DNA from: an uncultured delta proteobacterium
GTDB taxonomy: Bacteria; Desulfobacterota; RBG-13-43-22
Length of the DNA: 64,000 nucleotides
Direction of reading: 5' to 3'
Assembly: GCA_963790475.1 (NCBI GenBank)
Contig: CAWBOS010000015.1
Coordinates: forward strand, 1-64,000
Shown here: one piece after another, positions 10,297 to 20,312 of the stretch
Numbering within the stretch: the first letter of the stretch is position 1
Layout of the letters: each line of letters starts with the position of its first letter
Made by a program: the position numbers and the translations under genes
The notes under the pieces: generated by a model
Told to the model about the DNA's origin: nothing
Database searches by the model: none
The model's input: the letters and a program-made list of their open reading frames with translations, nothing else

Positions 10297-10884
10297 TTAT
10301 CGAATAATGTGTATCGTGCCTTCTTTACGAATAGGCGCGGTCGATTCCTTACCTATAAAACCGATAGCCGCGGAAGAGCAGATCGTATGCTCCTTTGGGA
10401 TGCCCAATTCAAGCAGATACGCGCGGACAGGCGGATCATCCCGAAGCCAATGAAGTTGGTTGATATAACAACTTCCCAACCCCAGAGACTGAGCCGCAAG
10501 GAAAATATTCTGGAGCGCCAGGGCGCAATCTGCCATTGCATTTTCGTAATTCGGTTTATTGGAGGCAATAATGAGCGTTGGTGCTTTGTGATAGAAGTTA
10601 TAGCCTTTCTTTTGTGAAAGCTTCTTCATACCTAGCTTTCCGGGGTAATCGTCATCGGGAATCCAATGTTGAAATCCTTCACGAACAAGCTCATTTAAAT
10701 GGAGAAGCACATCTTTTTTCTGAATAGCCGTAAACAACCAACTTTGATTGTTGCCGCCGCTAGGCGCCCATATTGCGGCATCAAGCAGAGCATCCAGTTG
10801 TTCAGATGATATTTGTTGGTCAGTAAATCGACGCGTACTCCTTCGTTCATGAATGCAGTTTAGGACTTCGTTATTCAGACTCAT
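10297..10884 (-). CDS. Nitroreductase family protein
   Basis: RRSTRRF, WAPSGGNNQSW, LAAQSLGLGSC; start after AGGAGG. Confidence 0.9.
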   Translation of the reverse strand: MSLNNEVLNCIHERRSTRRFTDQQISSEQLDALLDAAIWAPSGGNNQSWLFTAIQKKDVLLHLNELVREGFQHWIPDDDYPGKLGMKKLSQKKGYNFYHKAPTLIIASNKPNYENAMADCALALQNIFLAAQSLGLGSCYINQLHWLRDDPPVRAYLLELGIPKEHTICSSAAIGFIGKESTAPIRKEGTIHIIR

Positions 10885-11338
10885 ATCATTTCCTCCTGCC
10901 AAATATAATCGCTTTCACACTCCTAACGATGATGGAATTGGGGACCAGCCAAGTAAAGTATTTTACTTCCGACAGTAATGCTTCCCGTCCATTCATCTTC
11001 CCGGGTTTGTTTCCCGGCATTCAAGTATCCCTCAATCCACAGCCATTAGTTTTCTATATTGCTCTTTTTGCCCATAAAAAGCTCAATATAGACCTATTTT
11101 AAAGGCCTAACTTGATTTCATATTACATTATATCAGTCAGTTAACATGGCCCGACCCCGTTCCGACCGAGCCCAATATCTGGGCCATTCCCTCCAGAAGG
11201 TTGTTCATTTAATTTCGAATTTATTAAGCATAAGCAATACTTAAATTACACCTACAAATATAGGTCCGAAATGGGACCGAAAGCAAATGATTACGAACTG
11301 AAAGTTGTTGTCTTTGCCTCGACCATTTTTAAAGGATA

Positions 11339-12565
11339 TTAGCAGGCAGCTTGGGCAAGACAAAAAATACCTACAACCTTTCCGGCTAATGAACCATCTT
11401 TAAGTTTTAGGTATTTCTTTTCAATTTCTTCTGCTGTAAGATGATCAATTAGAGTAAAGCCTCTTTCGGATAAAAAAGATCCTATTTTTCCCCTTTCTAT
11501 GCTGAATTTGCCAGGTTCGCCGGGACGAGAAGTTCTCATAAATTCCATTGATTTTCTTACGCCGTATGCATCCGCCACTTCAGGCCAATGTGCACTATAA
11601 TCAAAGCTTACGGTACTCCTGGAAGAAGAAGTCGACATTATGAATTTTAATGTATCATCAACAGCCTCAGGCGAAAGGTAATATATAACTCCCTCCCAGA
11701 CAAAAAGATTTTTCTGGCCTTTTTTATAACCGGCTTTAAAAAGAACATCTTCAAGTGGTTCTGTATTGAAGTTGATCGGAACAAAAGTCAATTGGTCTGG
11801 TATGGGAATATTTTTTTGGCGAAGCACCTCAATTTTGTGCTGCTGCGTCGTATGTATATCCAATTCAAAAATTCTTGTATCTTTGATCAGGTCTTTAAAC
11901 CGATAAGGTCTTGTATCATATCCTGCTCCAAGGAACACTATCTGAGGAATATTTTCATGAAGAGCCCCTTCCACAATATTATCAAAATAGGCAGTCCTTG
12001 CGATCATATACTCGTACATACCGGGAGTTATATTTCCAATCAATTCCCGATATGCCGGATTTTTCAGCAAAGCTTTTTGCTCTTCTGGTAGAAACATTTC
12101 TGCAAGATAATCATGTCCTCTAATTTCTTCCCTTTCATCAATAGCTGCAAGTGCACGCACTGCGGTAACACCTATAGCTGTTTGTGATGGTTGTTGTTCA
12201 ACAGATTCTTTTCCATCTGCAATCACTGTTCTAATCCCTAGGATATTCCCGAATGGATCTCTAACGGTGGCCCTTTTTATATTAAAGGACATATTGATTT
12301 CAGTATCCGGGGTGGCGCCCAACCGAAGCATCCGCTTATATGCGGTCTCCACATCATCGACCTCCCAATATATCAGAGTGCTATCATCGCTTTTTGACGT
12401 GGCTTCCGTTCTTGGAACAAGTCCCAGGCTATCATCTCCGATCATATAGACAACAAGGACAGATGTATTAAGAACTGGTTCCGTGCCGAGAAGCTCATTG
12501 TACCATTCAGTAGCTTTCTCAATATTTTTGACCTTGTATATAACGCTTTTCAGGCTTCGGAACAT
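11339..12565 (-). CDS. VOC/glyoxalase domain fused to SAM-dependent methyltransferase (LCM/TIGR00027-like)
   Basis: N-terminal VOC (VKNIEKATEWY...DPFGNILG); ARTAYFD, QIVFLGAGYDTR, WEGVIYYL. Confidence 0.85.
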   Translation of the reverse strand: MFRSLKSVIYKVKNIEKATEWYNELLGTEPVLNTSVLVVYMIGDDSLGLVPRTEATSKSDDSTLIYWEVDDVETAYKRMLRLGATPDTEINMSFNIKRATVRDPFGNILGIRTVIADGKESVEQQPSQTAIGVTAVRALAAIDEREEIRGHDYLAEMFLPEEQKALLKNPAYRELIGNITPGMYEYMIARTAYFDNIVEGALHENIPQIVFLGAGYDTRPYRFKDLIKDTRIFELDIHTTQQHKIEVLRQKNIPIPDQLTFVPINFNTEPLEDVLFKAGYKKGQKNLFVWEGVIYYLSPEAVDDTLKFIMSTSSSRSTVSFDYSAHWPEVADAYGVRKSMEFMRTSRPGEPGKFSIERGKIGSFLSERGFTLIDHLTAEEIEKKYLKLKDGSLAGKVVGIFCLAQAAC

Positions 12566-12683
12566 TTTTTTCCTCCTTTTTCTGTTATTATTTCAAAACG
12601 CACCTCGAAGACGCCAAACTGGATATGATTATTATTCTTTAAAAGTATTAACTTAAAATAATTTATCCTAACTTCATTAAATC

Positions 12684-13389
12684 AAAAACCCCGCCTCTCG
12701 AATGAGTAACGGGGTTTCCAAAAATCCTCCATGTTTTTGCCCTCTATTAGGGTTAAGTGGCGATGCTCGAAGACGGGTTAACTTGCTTATCTGGCCATTG
12801 AATAAAATGATTATACACAATTTTAGGAAAAGGGAATAGGGAGTTTTTCATCAGGCTGGAATCCATAATTTAGAGGGGGGCCTTAAACAATTACGATTTA
12901 AACTCCTCGGATTCTTCACAAATGGAACTTACACGATTTCAGGAAGCACTATTTTACAGCTTGATATCTTTTGACCAGTTCTTTGTAATCCAGCCCAAAG
13001 GTCACCAATAACTCCGGCGCTGCCTTGAGGAGAATTTCTAAATACTGCTTTTTATCGTAGTCTTCCCCTCCTTCGACAAACGGGGCAGGAAGAATGTGTC
13101 CTTCTCCGATTGAAAGAGCACTGTCCCGGAGGAAACAACCCACCTTCTGCCCAGGATGAAGGGTCAAACCGACTGACTCAAATTGTTCAAGGACCTGAGC
13201 CGATGGATTATTGACCTTGTATTCTTCAAGGGTCCGGGTAAGACCTCGGGTGATAACCAATTCCTGTGTGTTGACCCGGCCTTCTTTAAGTCGGGCTATA
13301 GAATCCCCCGGATGGTCCAAGGTCTCAGGCAACTTGCTTTCCAGAGATTTTCGATCAACCGCCGTATTCCATAACCATCAGAATGTCTG
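12684..13389 (-). repeat. Copy 1 of a duplicated unit (polB 3' fragment + promoter/leader + terminator-like hairpin)
   Basis: Aligns by eye with 15022-15552 (e.g. AAGTGGCGATGCT, TTTTTCATCAGGCTGG, and near-identical 13125-13389 vs 15288-15552). Confidence 0.85.
12949..13389 (-). pseudogene. Family B DNA polymerase C-terminal (thumb) fragment
   Basis: LVITRGLTRTLEEYK...HPGQKV...YDKKQYLEIL resembles the PolB thumb; 5' part missing. Confidence 0.65.
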
Positions 13390-13676
13390 ATGAACAGAAA
13401 CATAGTAACGTGGCGTTTGAACGGGCTCCTAAAAGGGCAAGGATTGAAGATTTTCGTTTCCATGATCTAAAGCATACCTTCGCTTCTTATCTGGTCATGG
13501 CAGGGGTTAATTTAAGAACGGTCGAAATGCTCCTTGGTCACAAGGATTTAAGGATGACCATGAAGTATTCCCATCTTTCGCGGGAGTATTTACAAGAAGC
13601 AGTCTCCACCTTGGAAAGGAGTTCAATAGGTGAAAGCCAAAACTTGATGAGGCGGAAAGTGGGGGGTCAAAATTAA
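13383..13676 (+). pseudogene. Tyrosine integrase C-terminal fragment
   Basis: RFHDLKHTFAS (HxxR altered to HxxK), LLGH, MTMKYSH; N-terminal domains absent. Confidence 0.85.
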
Positions 13677-13809
13677 GTCTCGTATAGCACCTACTAGTCC
13701 ACTCAAGGGGTAGCGCCTAAAATTAAGAATTACGATTCGTATCATGACGGTATTATCAACACGCTAAGCTATCGGCTTGCCAAAGGATCCTACCCATTGA
13801 TCATTTTTC

Positions 13810-14904
13810 TCATTTATAGGCGCTGTAATCGACCCCTCGGGCCTTTGCCTTTTTTTCCCACCAGTCAATCTCGTCTTCGGCCGGCAATTCTATTTCTTCC
13901 GGCTTTTTGTGGAACAGTTGGATCGCCTCCGTGGGGCAGGTCGAAACGCATAGCCCGCAGCCAATACATTTGGACCTGTTGACGCGATAGGTGCCATCGG
14001 CCTCGTCTATGGCTTTAACCTGGCATCGCTCGTCTGCGCAAATCCCGCAGGCGCTGCATAACTCAGAATCGATCTCGGCATAGAAATGAGAATTGATAAT
14101 TCCAGGAATACCTGCGGCGGTAAGCATTAATTGTCTATCACAACACTTGCAACAATTGCAGATATACCACTGACCTTTAACCACATTGGTGGTCATGTGG
14201 ACCAGAGCCGCGTCCTCGGCCTTTTGAAGAAGTTCGTAAGCCTCCTGCTTCGTGATTTCTCTTTTCACGAATGGATGATCTTTAAATAACCCAGCTTCAT
14301 CTCCAATTACCATGCAAATCTCCAATGGCCTATCACACTCCTGTCCCACCATCCCTTTCCTTTTTCGACAAATACAATCGCTTACAGCGAAGGACTTCCC
14401 GTTCTCAATTATGCTTGAGACTTTCTCGTAGGGGAGAGCCTGATAATTCTCAGAAATGACCCTCTCTACAGGCAAAACTTGCATCATCTGAGGCTTGGTC
14501 ATGGGACGACGAGCCTTGATTGCTTCATTCAATACCTCCTGGTCGCGCTGCTCGCACAAATCCACGAACTCTTTGTCCATACGCTTGAGCTGATACTCGT
14601 AGATGCCTACAACCCAAGGACACATGCGAAAAACCCTCTCTCCCCCAGACAAACGACTTTCGATTTGTCCCTTTTTCCACATCGATTCCAGCTTTTCGTT
14701 TAAACCCGCTGAGGGAATACCTGCCCGCCCAGCTATCTGGTCTGCGGTTTCATAGCTAAGCCGCAGCCTGCAAAAAAGCTCTGCCTCGTCCGACTCGAAC
14801 ACTTTTTTCAACAGTTTGATTTCAACACCGCTTTCCGTGGGCGGAAAACCGTTGGGCAGAGTATCGAGTACATTAGCCAACCGACTGTATGCTTCGCTGC
14901 TCAT
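13810..14904 (-). CDS. 4Fe-4S dicluster-binding protein (ferredoxin-like, N-terminal HTH-like region)
   Basis: CICR, ICNCCKCC, CSACGICADERC, CIGCGLCVSTCP. Confidence 0.85.
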   Translation of the reverse strand: MSSEAYSRLANVLDTLPNGFPPTESGVEIKLLKKVFESDEAELFCRLRLSYETADQIAGRAGIPSAGLNEKLESMWKKGQIESRLSGGERVFRMCPWVVGIYEYQLKRMDKEFVDLCEQRDQEVLNEAIKARRPMTKPQMMQVLPVERVISENYQALPYEKVSSIIENGKSFAVSDCICRKRKGMVGQECDRPLEICMVIGDEAGLFKDHPFVKREITKQEAYELLQKAEDAALVHMTTNVVKGQWYICNCCKCCDRQLMLTAAGIPGIINSHFYAEIDSELCSACGICADERCQVKAIDEADGTYRVNRSKCIGCGLCVSTCPTEAIQLFHKKPEEIELPAEDEIDWWEKKAKARGVDYSAYK

Positions 14905-15021
14905 TTTAATTTATCCTTTCTGAGAAATAACTTCTCTGGGCATTTAGGTTAATTCCCTTGGAATTTTTTAGTCTTATCTATTTTATAGACCCCTGTTCTG
15001 ACCCCTTCTCGTCCCCAAAAT

Positions 15022-15552
15022 AAAAACCCCACTTCTCTATTGAGAAACGGGGTTTCAAATATTCCTCCATTGGCTTGCCCCCCTTTAGGGTAAAGTGGCG
15101 ATGCTGGAAGACGGATTATATTATTGATGTGGCTTTTGAATGGGTCACATTATACACATTTTTTGGAATAGTAAATAGGGATTTTTCATCAGGCTGGGAA
15201 CCTTAAATCGGGGGAGGCCCTTAAAGAAATTGCGTTTGTAATCTTCCGTTTTTTCCTGGTTGGGATTTTGCGTGTTTCAGGAAGCACCCCGGAGGAGATA
15301 ACTCACCTTCTGCCCAGGATGCAGGGTCAAACCGACTGACTCAAATTGTTCAAGGACCTGAGCCGATGGATTATTGATCTTGTATTCTTCAAGGGTCCGG
15401 GTAAGACGTCGGGTGATAACCAATTCCTGTGTGTTGACCCGGCCCTCTTTAAGTCGGGTTATAGAATCCCCCAGATGGTCCAAGATCTCAGGCAACTTGC
15501 TTTCCAGGCATTTTCGATCAACCGCCGTATTCCATAACCATCAGAATGTCTG
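15022..15552 (-). repeat. Copy 2 of the duplicated leader + polB-fragment unit (internal deletion of about 175 bp relative to copy 1)
   Basis: Same right junction CCATAACCATCAGAATGTCTG; TTTCAGGAAGCAC joined directly to CCCGGAGG. Confidence 0.85.
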
Positions 15553-15583
15553 TCCGGGCCTCTTTAATAAAAACAGGAATATC

Positions 15584-15742
15584 ATGACGGTAACAGATAG
15601 TCCCTCGGATTATTACGGCGTGTCGGTCCAAACTATCCGTCAATGGATAATAATAGGAGCCTTTCCAGCCGTGCGAATTGGGCCAAGGCTTATCAGGATT
15701 AAGCGGTCAGATATTTTAAAAACTCCGAAGTCTGATGATTGA
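15584..15742 (+). pseudogene. Excisionase-like HTH (HTH_17) remnant
   Basis: DYYGVSVQTIRQWI..GAFPAVRIGPRLIRIKRSD. Confidence 0.65.
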
Positions 15743-15893
15743 TAAAAGCAAGCTTTTCTCTAAAACATATTGTCAAAAGATTATTAAGTATGGGGGGGCA
15801 TCGAGCCTAAAAAGACAAAACAGGCCTCCAAACAGGCCGGAAAAAGAACGTCCGTATGCCTGCTGGCGTGTCTGGTTTAAAACATGACACTAG

Positions 15894-17552
15894 GAGTTTG
15901 TCGGTCTTGAAACTCATAATTATTATACAAAAGGGATCGGATTTTTTCTTAGAGGATCAAAGGGGTTTTTAGTTCAACAATAAAGATATCAAGCTTTTTT
16001 CGACAATTTTTCCTTGCAATTGCTCGGTCATTATTATTAATGGGCTAAGATATGCATTCTTTTTAAATTGTAGGCCATGCAGACTAAGTTCCATTCACCA
16101 CTGACCGCTGTTAACCCTCGAAGGAAAAATTGTCGAAAGCCCATGATGGCCTTGATGATGCCAAATACCGGTTCGACCGTGCTTTTCCGCTGGGCGTATA
16201 TCTTTTTGCCCTCGGGTGTTTTTAGCCGATGCTTCATTCGGGTCAGCACATCAGCATCTTCCGGTAAAGGTTCAGGCCGGGCAAAACGTTCTTCTAAGGG
16301 AATATTGTGTTCTTCACGATTTACAGCAATATAGGGGGTGATCTGCTCGGCTTCACACTTATTCAGATTGGTTTCGCTAAAATAGCCTGAGTCGGCTACT
16401 AATGTGTCAACCGTGCCTAACTGGTTTGGTAAGGAAGTCAGATTTCCCAAGGTATTTTCAATTTCTTGCTTGTCATTGGGTTGTTGAGTGACATGATTTT
16501 CTACGATGAGCATGGTATTCAGATCCACGCCGGCTTGAGCGTTGTAAGCTTGTTCAAAGGTTCCTCCGGCAGCAGGCATAATCCGGGAGTCTTCATCGGT
16601 TAGATTCATTTGGTCGTTTTTTTTAGGACCGGGCTCGGGTGGTTCAGGTTTACGTCCCTTGGGTTTTTTACCACTTTCTTGCTCTTTGGCTTTACGGGCG
16701 GCCCTCTTCTGGTCGTAGATTTCTTGTTCTTTGGCATAACGCTCCGCAGCGCGACGTTCGATCTCTTGCTTGGCCAGGTCAATAGTCTGAAGGCGTTTTT
16801 CTCTTCGACCCAATTCCTCCGGGATGTTCATCCCGTCAGGAATCTCTTCTCGTTCCGCTGCTTCGGCCTGACGTAAGAGCGCATCGACCTCGGCCCGGAT
16901 CTGTTGTTCCAGTTTACAGGCATGATCCCAACTCAAGGCCTTATGTTTGGAGGCATTGGCTTTGATTTTGGTTCCGTCTAAAGCCACCTGGCCCAACTTG
17001 ACTATACCCATAGTTTGGGCAATCATCAGGATTTGGGTGAATAGCGGCTTTAATTCCTCCAAAAAACGTTTCCGGAAACCAGCAATGGTGTCATGATCCG
17101 GATGCTGGTTGGCGGTAATATAACGAAAAGCTACCGACTCATAGGTGGCCAATTCCAGTTTGCGGCTGGAGAAAACCCCGGTCGCATAACCGTAAAAAAG
17201 CAAGGCCAGCATCATAGCAGGAGAATAGGCATCGGAACCCCGGCCATTGTACGCATTTTCAATAGGCCTTAAATCAAGTTTGATTACTACCTCCACAATA
17301 AAACGGGCCAGATGATTTTCCGGAAGCCAATCGTGGATAGAGGGAGGCAAAAGGTATAGGGTGTCACGGTCACAACACTTAAATCGTGGAGGGTTCATGT
17401 GGCTCTCTTGGTGTGGTCATAAAATTATAAAAAATGTTAATTTAACTTATTGAATTAGTTTTATATTCTACCATAAAACTTAGATTTAACCAAGAGATTT
17501 TTCTCTTCTTAAATAAAATTTTGACTATAAAACATTTAAGTCCGACAGACTC
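15894..17552 (-). mobile_element. IS1182-family insertion sequence with terminal inverted repeats and CTAG target-site duplication
   Basis: Left end GAGTTTGTCGGTCTTGAA vs reverse complement of right end GAGTCTGTCGGACTTAAA; CTAG flanks at 15890-15893 and 17553-17556. Confidence 0.9.
16037..17398 (-). CDS. IS1182-family DDE transposase
   Basis: LLPPSIHDWLPENHLARF, SSRKLE, PDHDTIAGFR, DGTKIKANAS, ADSGY, RKSTVEPVFG, AYNLKR. Confidence 0.95.
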   Translation of the reverse strand: MNPPRFKCCDRDTLYLLPPSIHDWLPENHLARFIVEVVIKLDLRPIENAYNGRGSDAYSPAMMLALLFYGYATGVFSSRKLELATYESVAFRYITANQHPDHDTIAGFRKRFLEELKPLFTQILMIAQTMGIVKLGQVALDGTKIKANASKHKALSWDHACKLEQQIRAEVDALLRQAEAAEREEIPDGMNIPEELGRREKRLQTIDLAKQEIERRAAERYAKEQEIYDQKRAARKAKEQESGKKPKGRKPEPPEPGPKKNDQMNLTDEDSRIMPAAGGTFEQAYNAQAGVDLNTMLIVENHVTQQPNDKQEIENTLGNLTSLPNQLGTVDTLVADSGYFSETNLNKCEAEQITPYIAVNREEHNIPLEERFARPEPLPEDADVLTRMKHRLKTPEGKKIYAQRKSTVEPVFGIIKAIMGFRQFFLRGLTAVSGEWNLVCMAYNLKRMHILAH

Positions 17553-17594
17553 CTAGAAGATAGGTTATTTTAAGAGAAGCCGTTAGAATCGATT

Positions 17595-18382
17595 TTACGA
17601 AGCCGGGGATTTAAGCCCTCCTACATCAAAAGTGAAAATAGGCAAACCATTGTGATACACCTCGACTTGAATCATTAATTTTTTACTTTCCTTCAAAAGT
17701 TTAAGAAAGACAGGCCCTGGAAATCTTATGGTTGTTGATTCATCCCCGGATTTGCTCGCATCGAAATACATTTCATTGCCATCATCAAACTTAACTCGCA
17801 CCTGACAAGTTCCGTACCTGGCTCCTCCTTGACATACAACTTGTCCTTTTTTGACATAGAAGAGCGCTGCATCATCAAGTACCATGATTGTTCCACGTTG
17901 AATACCTTGATATGGGAAATCAAAGTTGACAGTATTAACGCTCTCCTTGGTGGCGTATTTGGTCACTTGACCACTCATTTCATCCTTGGACTGACCATAT
18001 ATCCAGGGGGTTGCTTCTTCGGCAACATTTTCTTTTTTTTCTGTGCTTTTTCGATGGTGGCCGTCTTGTTTTCCTTAAAGGCATTTACTGCTATCCCTAT
18101 GACGAATAAGATTAAAACTATACCCAAGAATTTACCGGCGAATGAAGTTCCTTGCTTTTTTCTGCAATGGGGGCAGACCTTGGCATCTTTTGGAATCATC
18201 ATTGAACAATGGCGACATTTCTTTTCTGTAGGAGTGATAATAGGGGCGGAGTTTTTCTTATCGGCTGTCTTCGGTTTTTCTTTTATTGCCTGGGCGTCGG
18301 CAATCAATTTATTCTTGTATTCCTCCCATTCCTCTTTTGACCTGAACCTTCCCGGGGAGTTACCGTCATTTTTGTTGTCCAT
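17595..18382 (-). pseudogene. Phage-type membrane-anchored zinc-ribbon protein, split by a frameshift at an A8 tract
   Basis: CRHC..CPHC + TM in ORF 17975-18439; shifting frame at 18033-18040 continues ENVAEEATPWIYGQSKDEMSGQVTKYA...FDFPYQG into ORF 17595-17978. Confidence 0.65.
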
Positions 18383-18692
18383 CGGGATGAATCCTTTCAG
18401 GAGTATCTCAAGAATCCCTTGGTTAAAGGTTGCCAACAAGAAAATTTGGTTAATGATCTTAAATTTCCTACCCTTCTAATATTGAAAAATCAATGAAATT
18501 CGACCAGGGCACCTATGGAGATCGTTGATCCTGGGGCAAATATAGAAGATGAAGCGGTTCAAAGAGTGAAATGAGGGCGTCCTGGTTTTCTTTTTTGACA
18601 AAAGTTCCTGAAAATATTACAATAAAAAACAAGAGTGTACGATCATAACCAAAATCGAATCGGCCATAGTTGTCTGCTATTGATAATCTCAC

Positions 18693-19496
18693 ATGAAAGA
18701 AATACAGACCATGATCTATAATTCGATTTACCGGTGTTCATGCTGTGTGGGGTTTACCCATCCCAACGGTGTTCATGATTTTGTGGTAAAAGGGCCACGT
18801 CAAACGATTCCCGTCTCCCATTTTGGTGATATCGAAAAATCCAAGATTTGGCTCATTTTGACAAATCCCAAAGGTGATCGAAACGACGCGAACGTAGGCC
18901 ATCTTGTTAGTTCTTACAATGTGCCCGGACGAGAAGATCTTTCATCTGCCCAGGTTGAAAGTATTTTTCAACATTTCAGCACTTATTTTCAACGGCCTGG
19001 AGTTAATATTCACCAATTCTTTAATCGTTTCATCGAAATTTTAGATGGGCTAATAGTGGGCGGCCAACAATGCACTTTCCAGAATGGAGGTGTTTGCGCC
19101 GTGGACGTGATCAAATGTCCCACAATTACAGATTTTCAAAGATTCGTGAGATTGGACGAAGGCAAGAAGGTTTGGTACAAATGTCTTGGTAGAATAAGGC
19201 ATACAGGTCCTAACCACTTCATTATTCGGCAGATTGAAAAACATAATCCCCCTATACTAATTTTCGCCCAAAGCACTGCGGGCTTGATTGGAGTAAATTA
19301 TAAAGGAAACCGGAAAGGTTGCCTTCAAGGTTTAAATACAATGAAAATTTTCATACGAAGACAGAACCCGAAGCGGCTATCCATAGATCTCGGCAGTTAT
19401 AGGGGATTGACGGATTATCTTGGGAAGGACAGGAATAACTCTAAAAAGCTTCACGACGCCATTCAAAAGGCCATAAACGACTTCACTTCAATTTAA
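18693..19496 (+). CDS. Hypothetical protein, possible uracil-DNA-glycosylase-like fold
   Basis: 267-aa AT-rich ORF; PVSHFGD...IWLILTNPKG and DVIKCPT resemble UDG-superfamily motifs. Confidence 0.5.
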   Translation: MKEIQTMIYNSIYRCSCCVGFTHPNGVHDFVVKGPRQTIPVSHFGDIEKSKIWLILTNPKGDRNDANVGHLVSSYNVPGREDLSSAQVESIFQHFSTYFQRPGVNIHQFFNRFIEILDGLIVGGQQCTFQNGGVCAVDVIKCPTITDFQRFVRLDEGKKVWYKCLGRIRHTGPNHFIIRQIEKHNPPILIFAQSTAGLIGVNYKGNRKGCLQGLNTMKIFIRRQNPKRLSIDLGSYRGLTDYLGKDRNNSKKLHDAIQKAINDFTSI

Positions 19497-19789
19497 AACG
19501 ATTACAATTTAGAATATTGTACCGGAAGAAATTTTATAGATCACTATTTTTAGGAAGAAACGAAAAAAGGATTGAACCACTTTGGGACATGACATAATTC
19601 CTGAGTAAATATCTAGAGGACCTAGGAGATCGTCCGCACAGAAAGCCGATCATTGATATTTAATAAGGCCGGTTGGTGGAACCTTACCGGCTTTCTTGTT
19701 TTGAGAAACAAAGGTTGGAAATGGGGTTGGAAAATAATAGGCTAAAAATAAGAAAGGCTCTGGAAACTTCCAAAGCCATTGATTTTACT

Positions 19790-19867
19790 TGGCGTCCCCA
19801 ACGGGATTTGAACCCGTGTTGCCGGCGTGAAAGGCCGGTGTCCTGGGCCAGGCTAGACGATGGGGAC
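19790..19867 (-). tRNA. tRNA-Glu (TTC)
   Basis: GTCCCCATCGTCTAGCCTGGCCCAGGACACCGGCCTTTCACGCCGGCAACACGGGTTCAAATCCCGTTGGGGACGCCA; cloverleaf, encoded CCA. Confidence 0.97.
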
Positions 19868-20137
19868 TTTAACCTCATAGTTGCATAAAAGATTGATCTA
19901 TGAGGTGTAATTTATCAATAAAAACATTTTGTTTTAATCATTTCCGAACTGGCGCCAAAAGTAACCCCAGGTGAAGTTTGGATTTAATAACCATATCGAT
20001 CAATTTTTACCCTTCGGGAAAGCCGTGTGATGCCTCATCTCCTTTGTTGGCAAGGGTTCGCAGTACCTTAGTACGGCTTCACCCTTGCCGTCGCGGATCT
20101 GCAGCATCCTCGGCTTTTGCAACATCGAGGTTTACAT

Positions 20138-20213
20138 TGGTGGGCCGTGCTGGACTCGAACCAGCGACTCTCTGCTTAAAAGGCAGATACTCTACCTCCT
20201 GAGTTAACGGCCC
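20138..20213 (-). tRNA. tRNA-Lys (TTT)
   Basis: GGGCCGTTAACTCAGGAGGTAGAGTATCTGCCTTTTAAGCAGAGAGTCGCTGGTTCGAGTCCAGCACGGCCCACCA. Confidence 0.97.
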
Positions 20214-20312
20214 GATACGAAAATAATAAAACTATTTTTTTTTAGTTGTTTTGTCAAGGAATTTGTTATAATTTTTTTATATCAGGTTGTTCTATTTTTC
20301 CCGAAGGAGTTT

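Noticed and set aside
10921-12672. Several CCTAAC (minus-strand GTTAGG) sites upstream of AT-rich cargo genes, suggestive of integron attC cores
   Set aside because: No paired RYYYAAC/GTTRRRY palindromic attC structure could be traced and the integrase fragment is not recognisably IntI; IntegronFinder would settle it
12684-15552. Duplicated segment as a DGR template/variable repeat pair
   Set aside because: No reverse transcriptase in the window and the differences are not adenine-specific
10000-19790. A clean attL/attR pair delimiting the tRNA-Glu island
   Set aside because: I could not find a convincing direct repeat of the tRNA 3' end, so the left boundary is undefined
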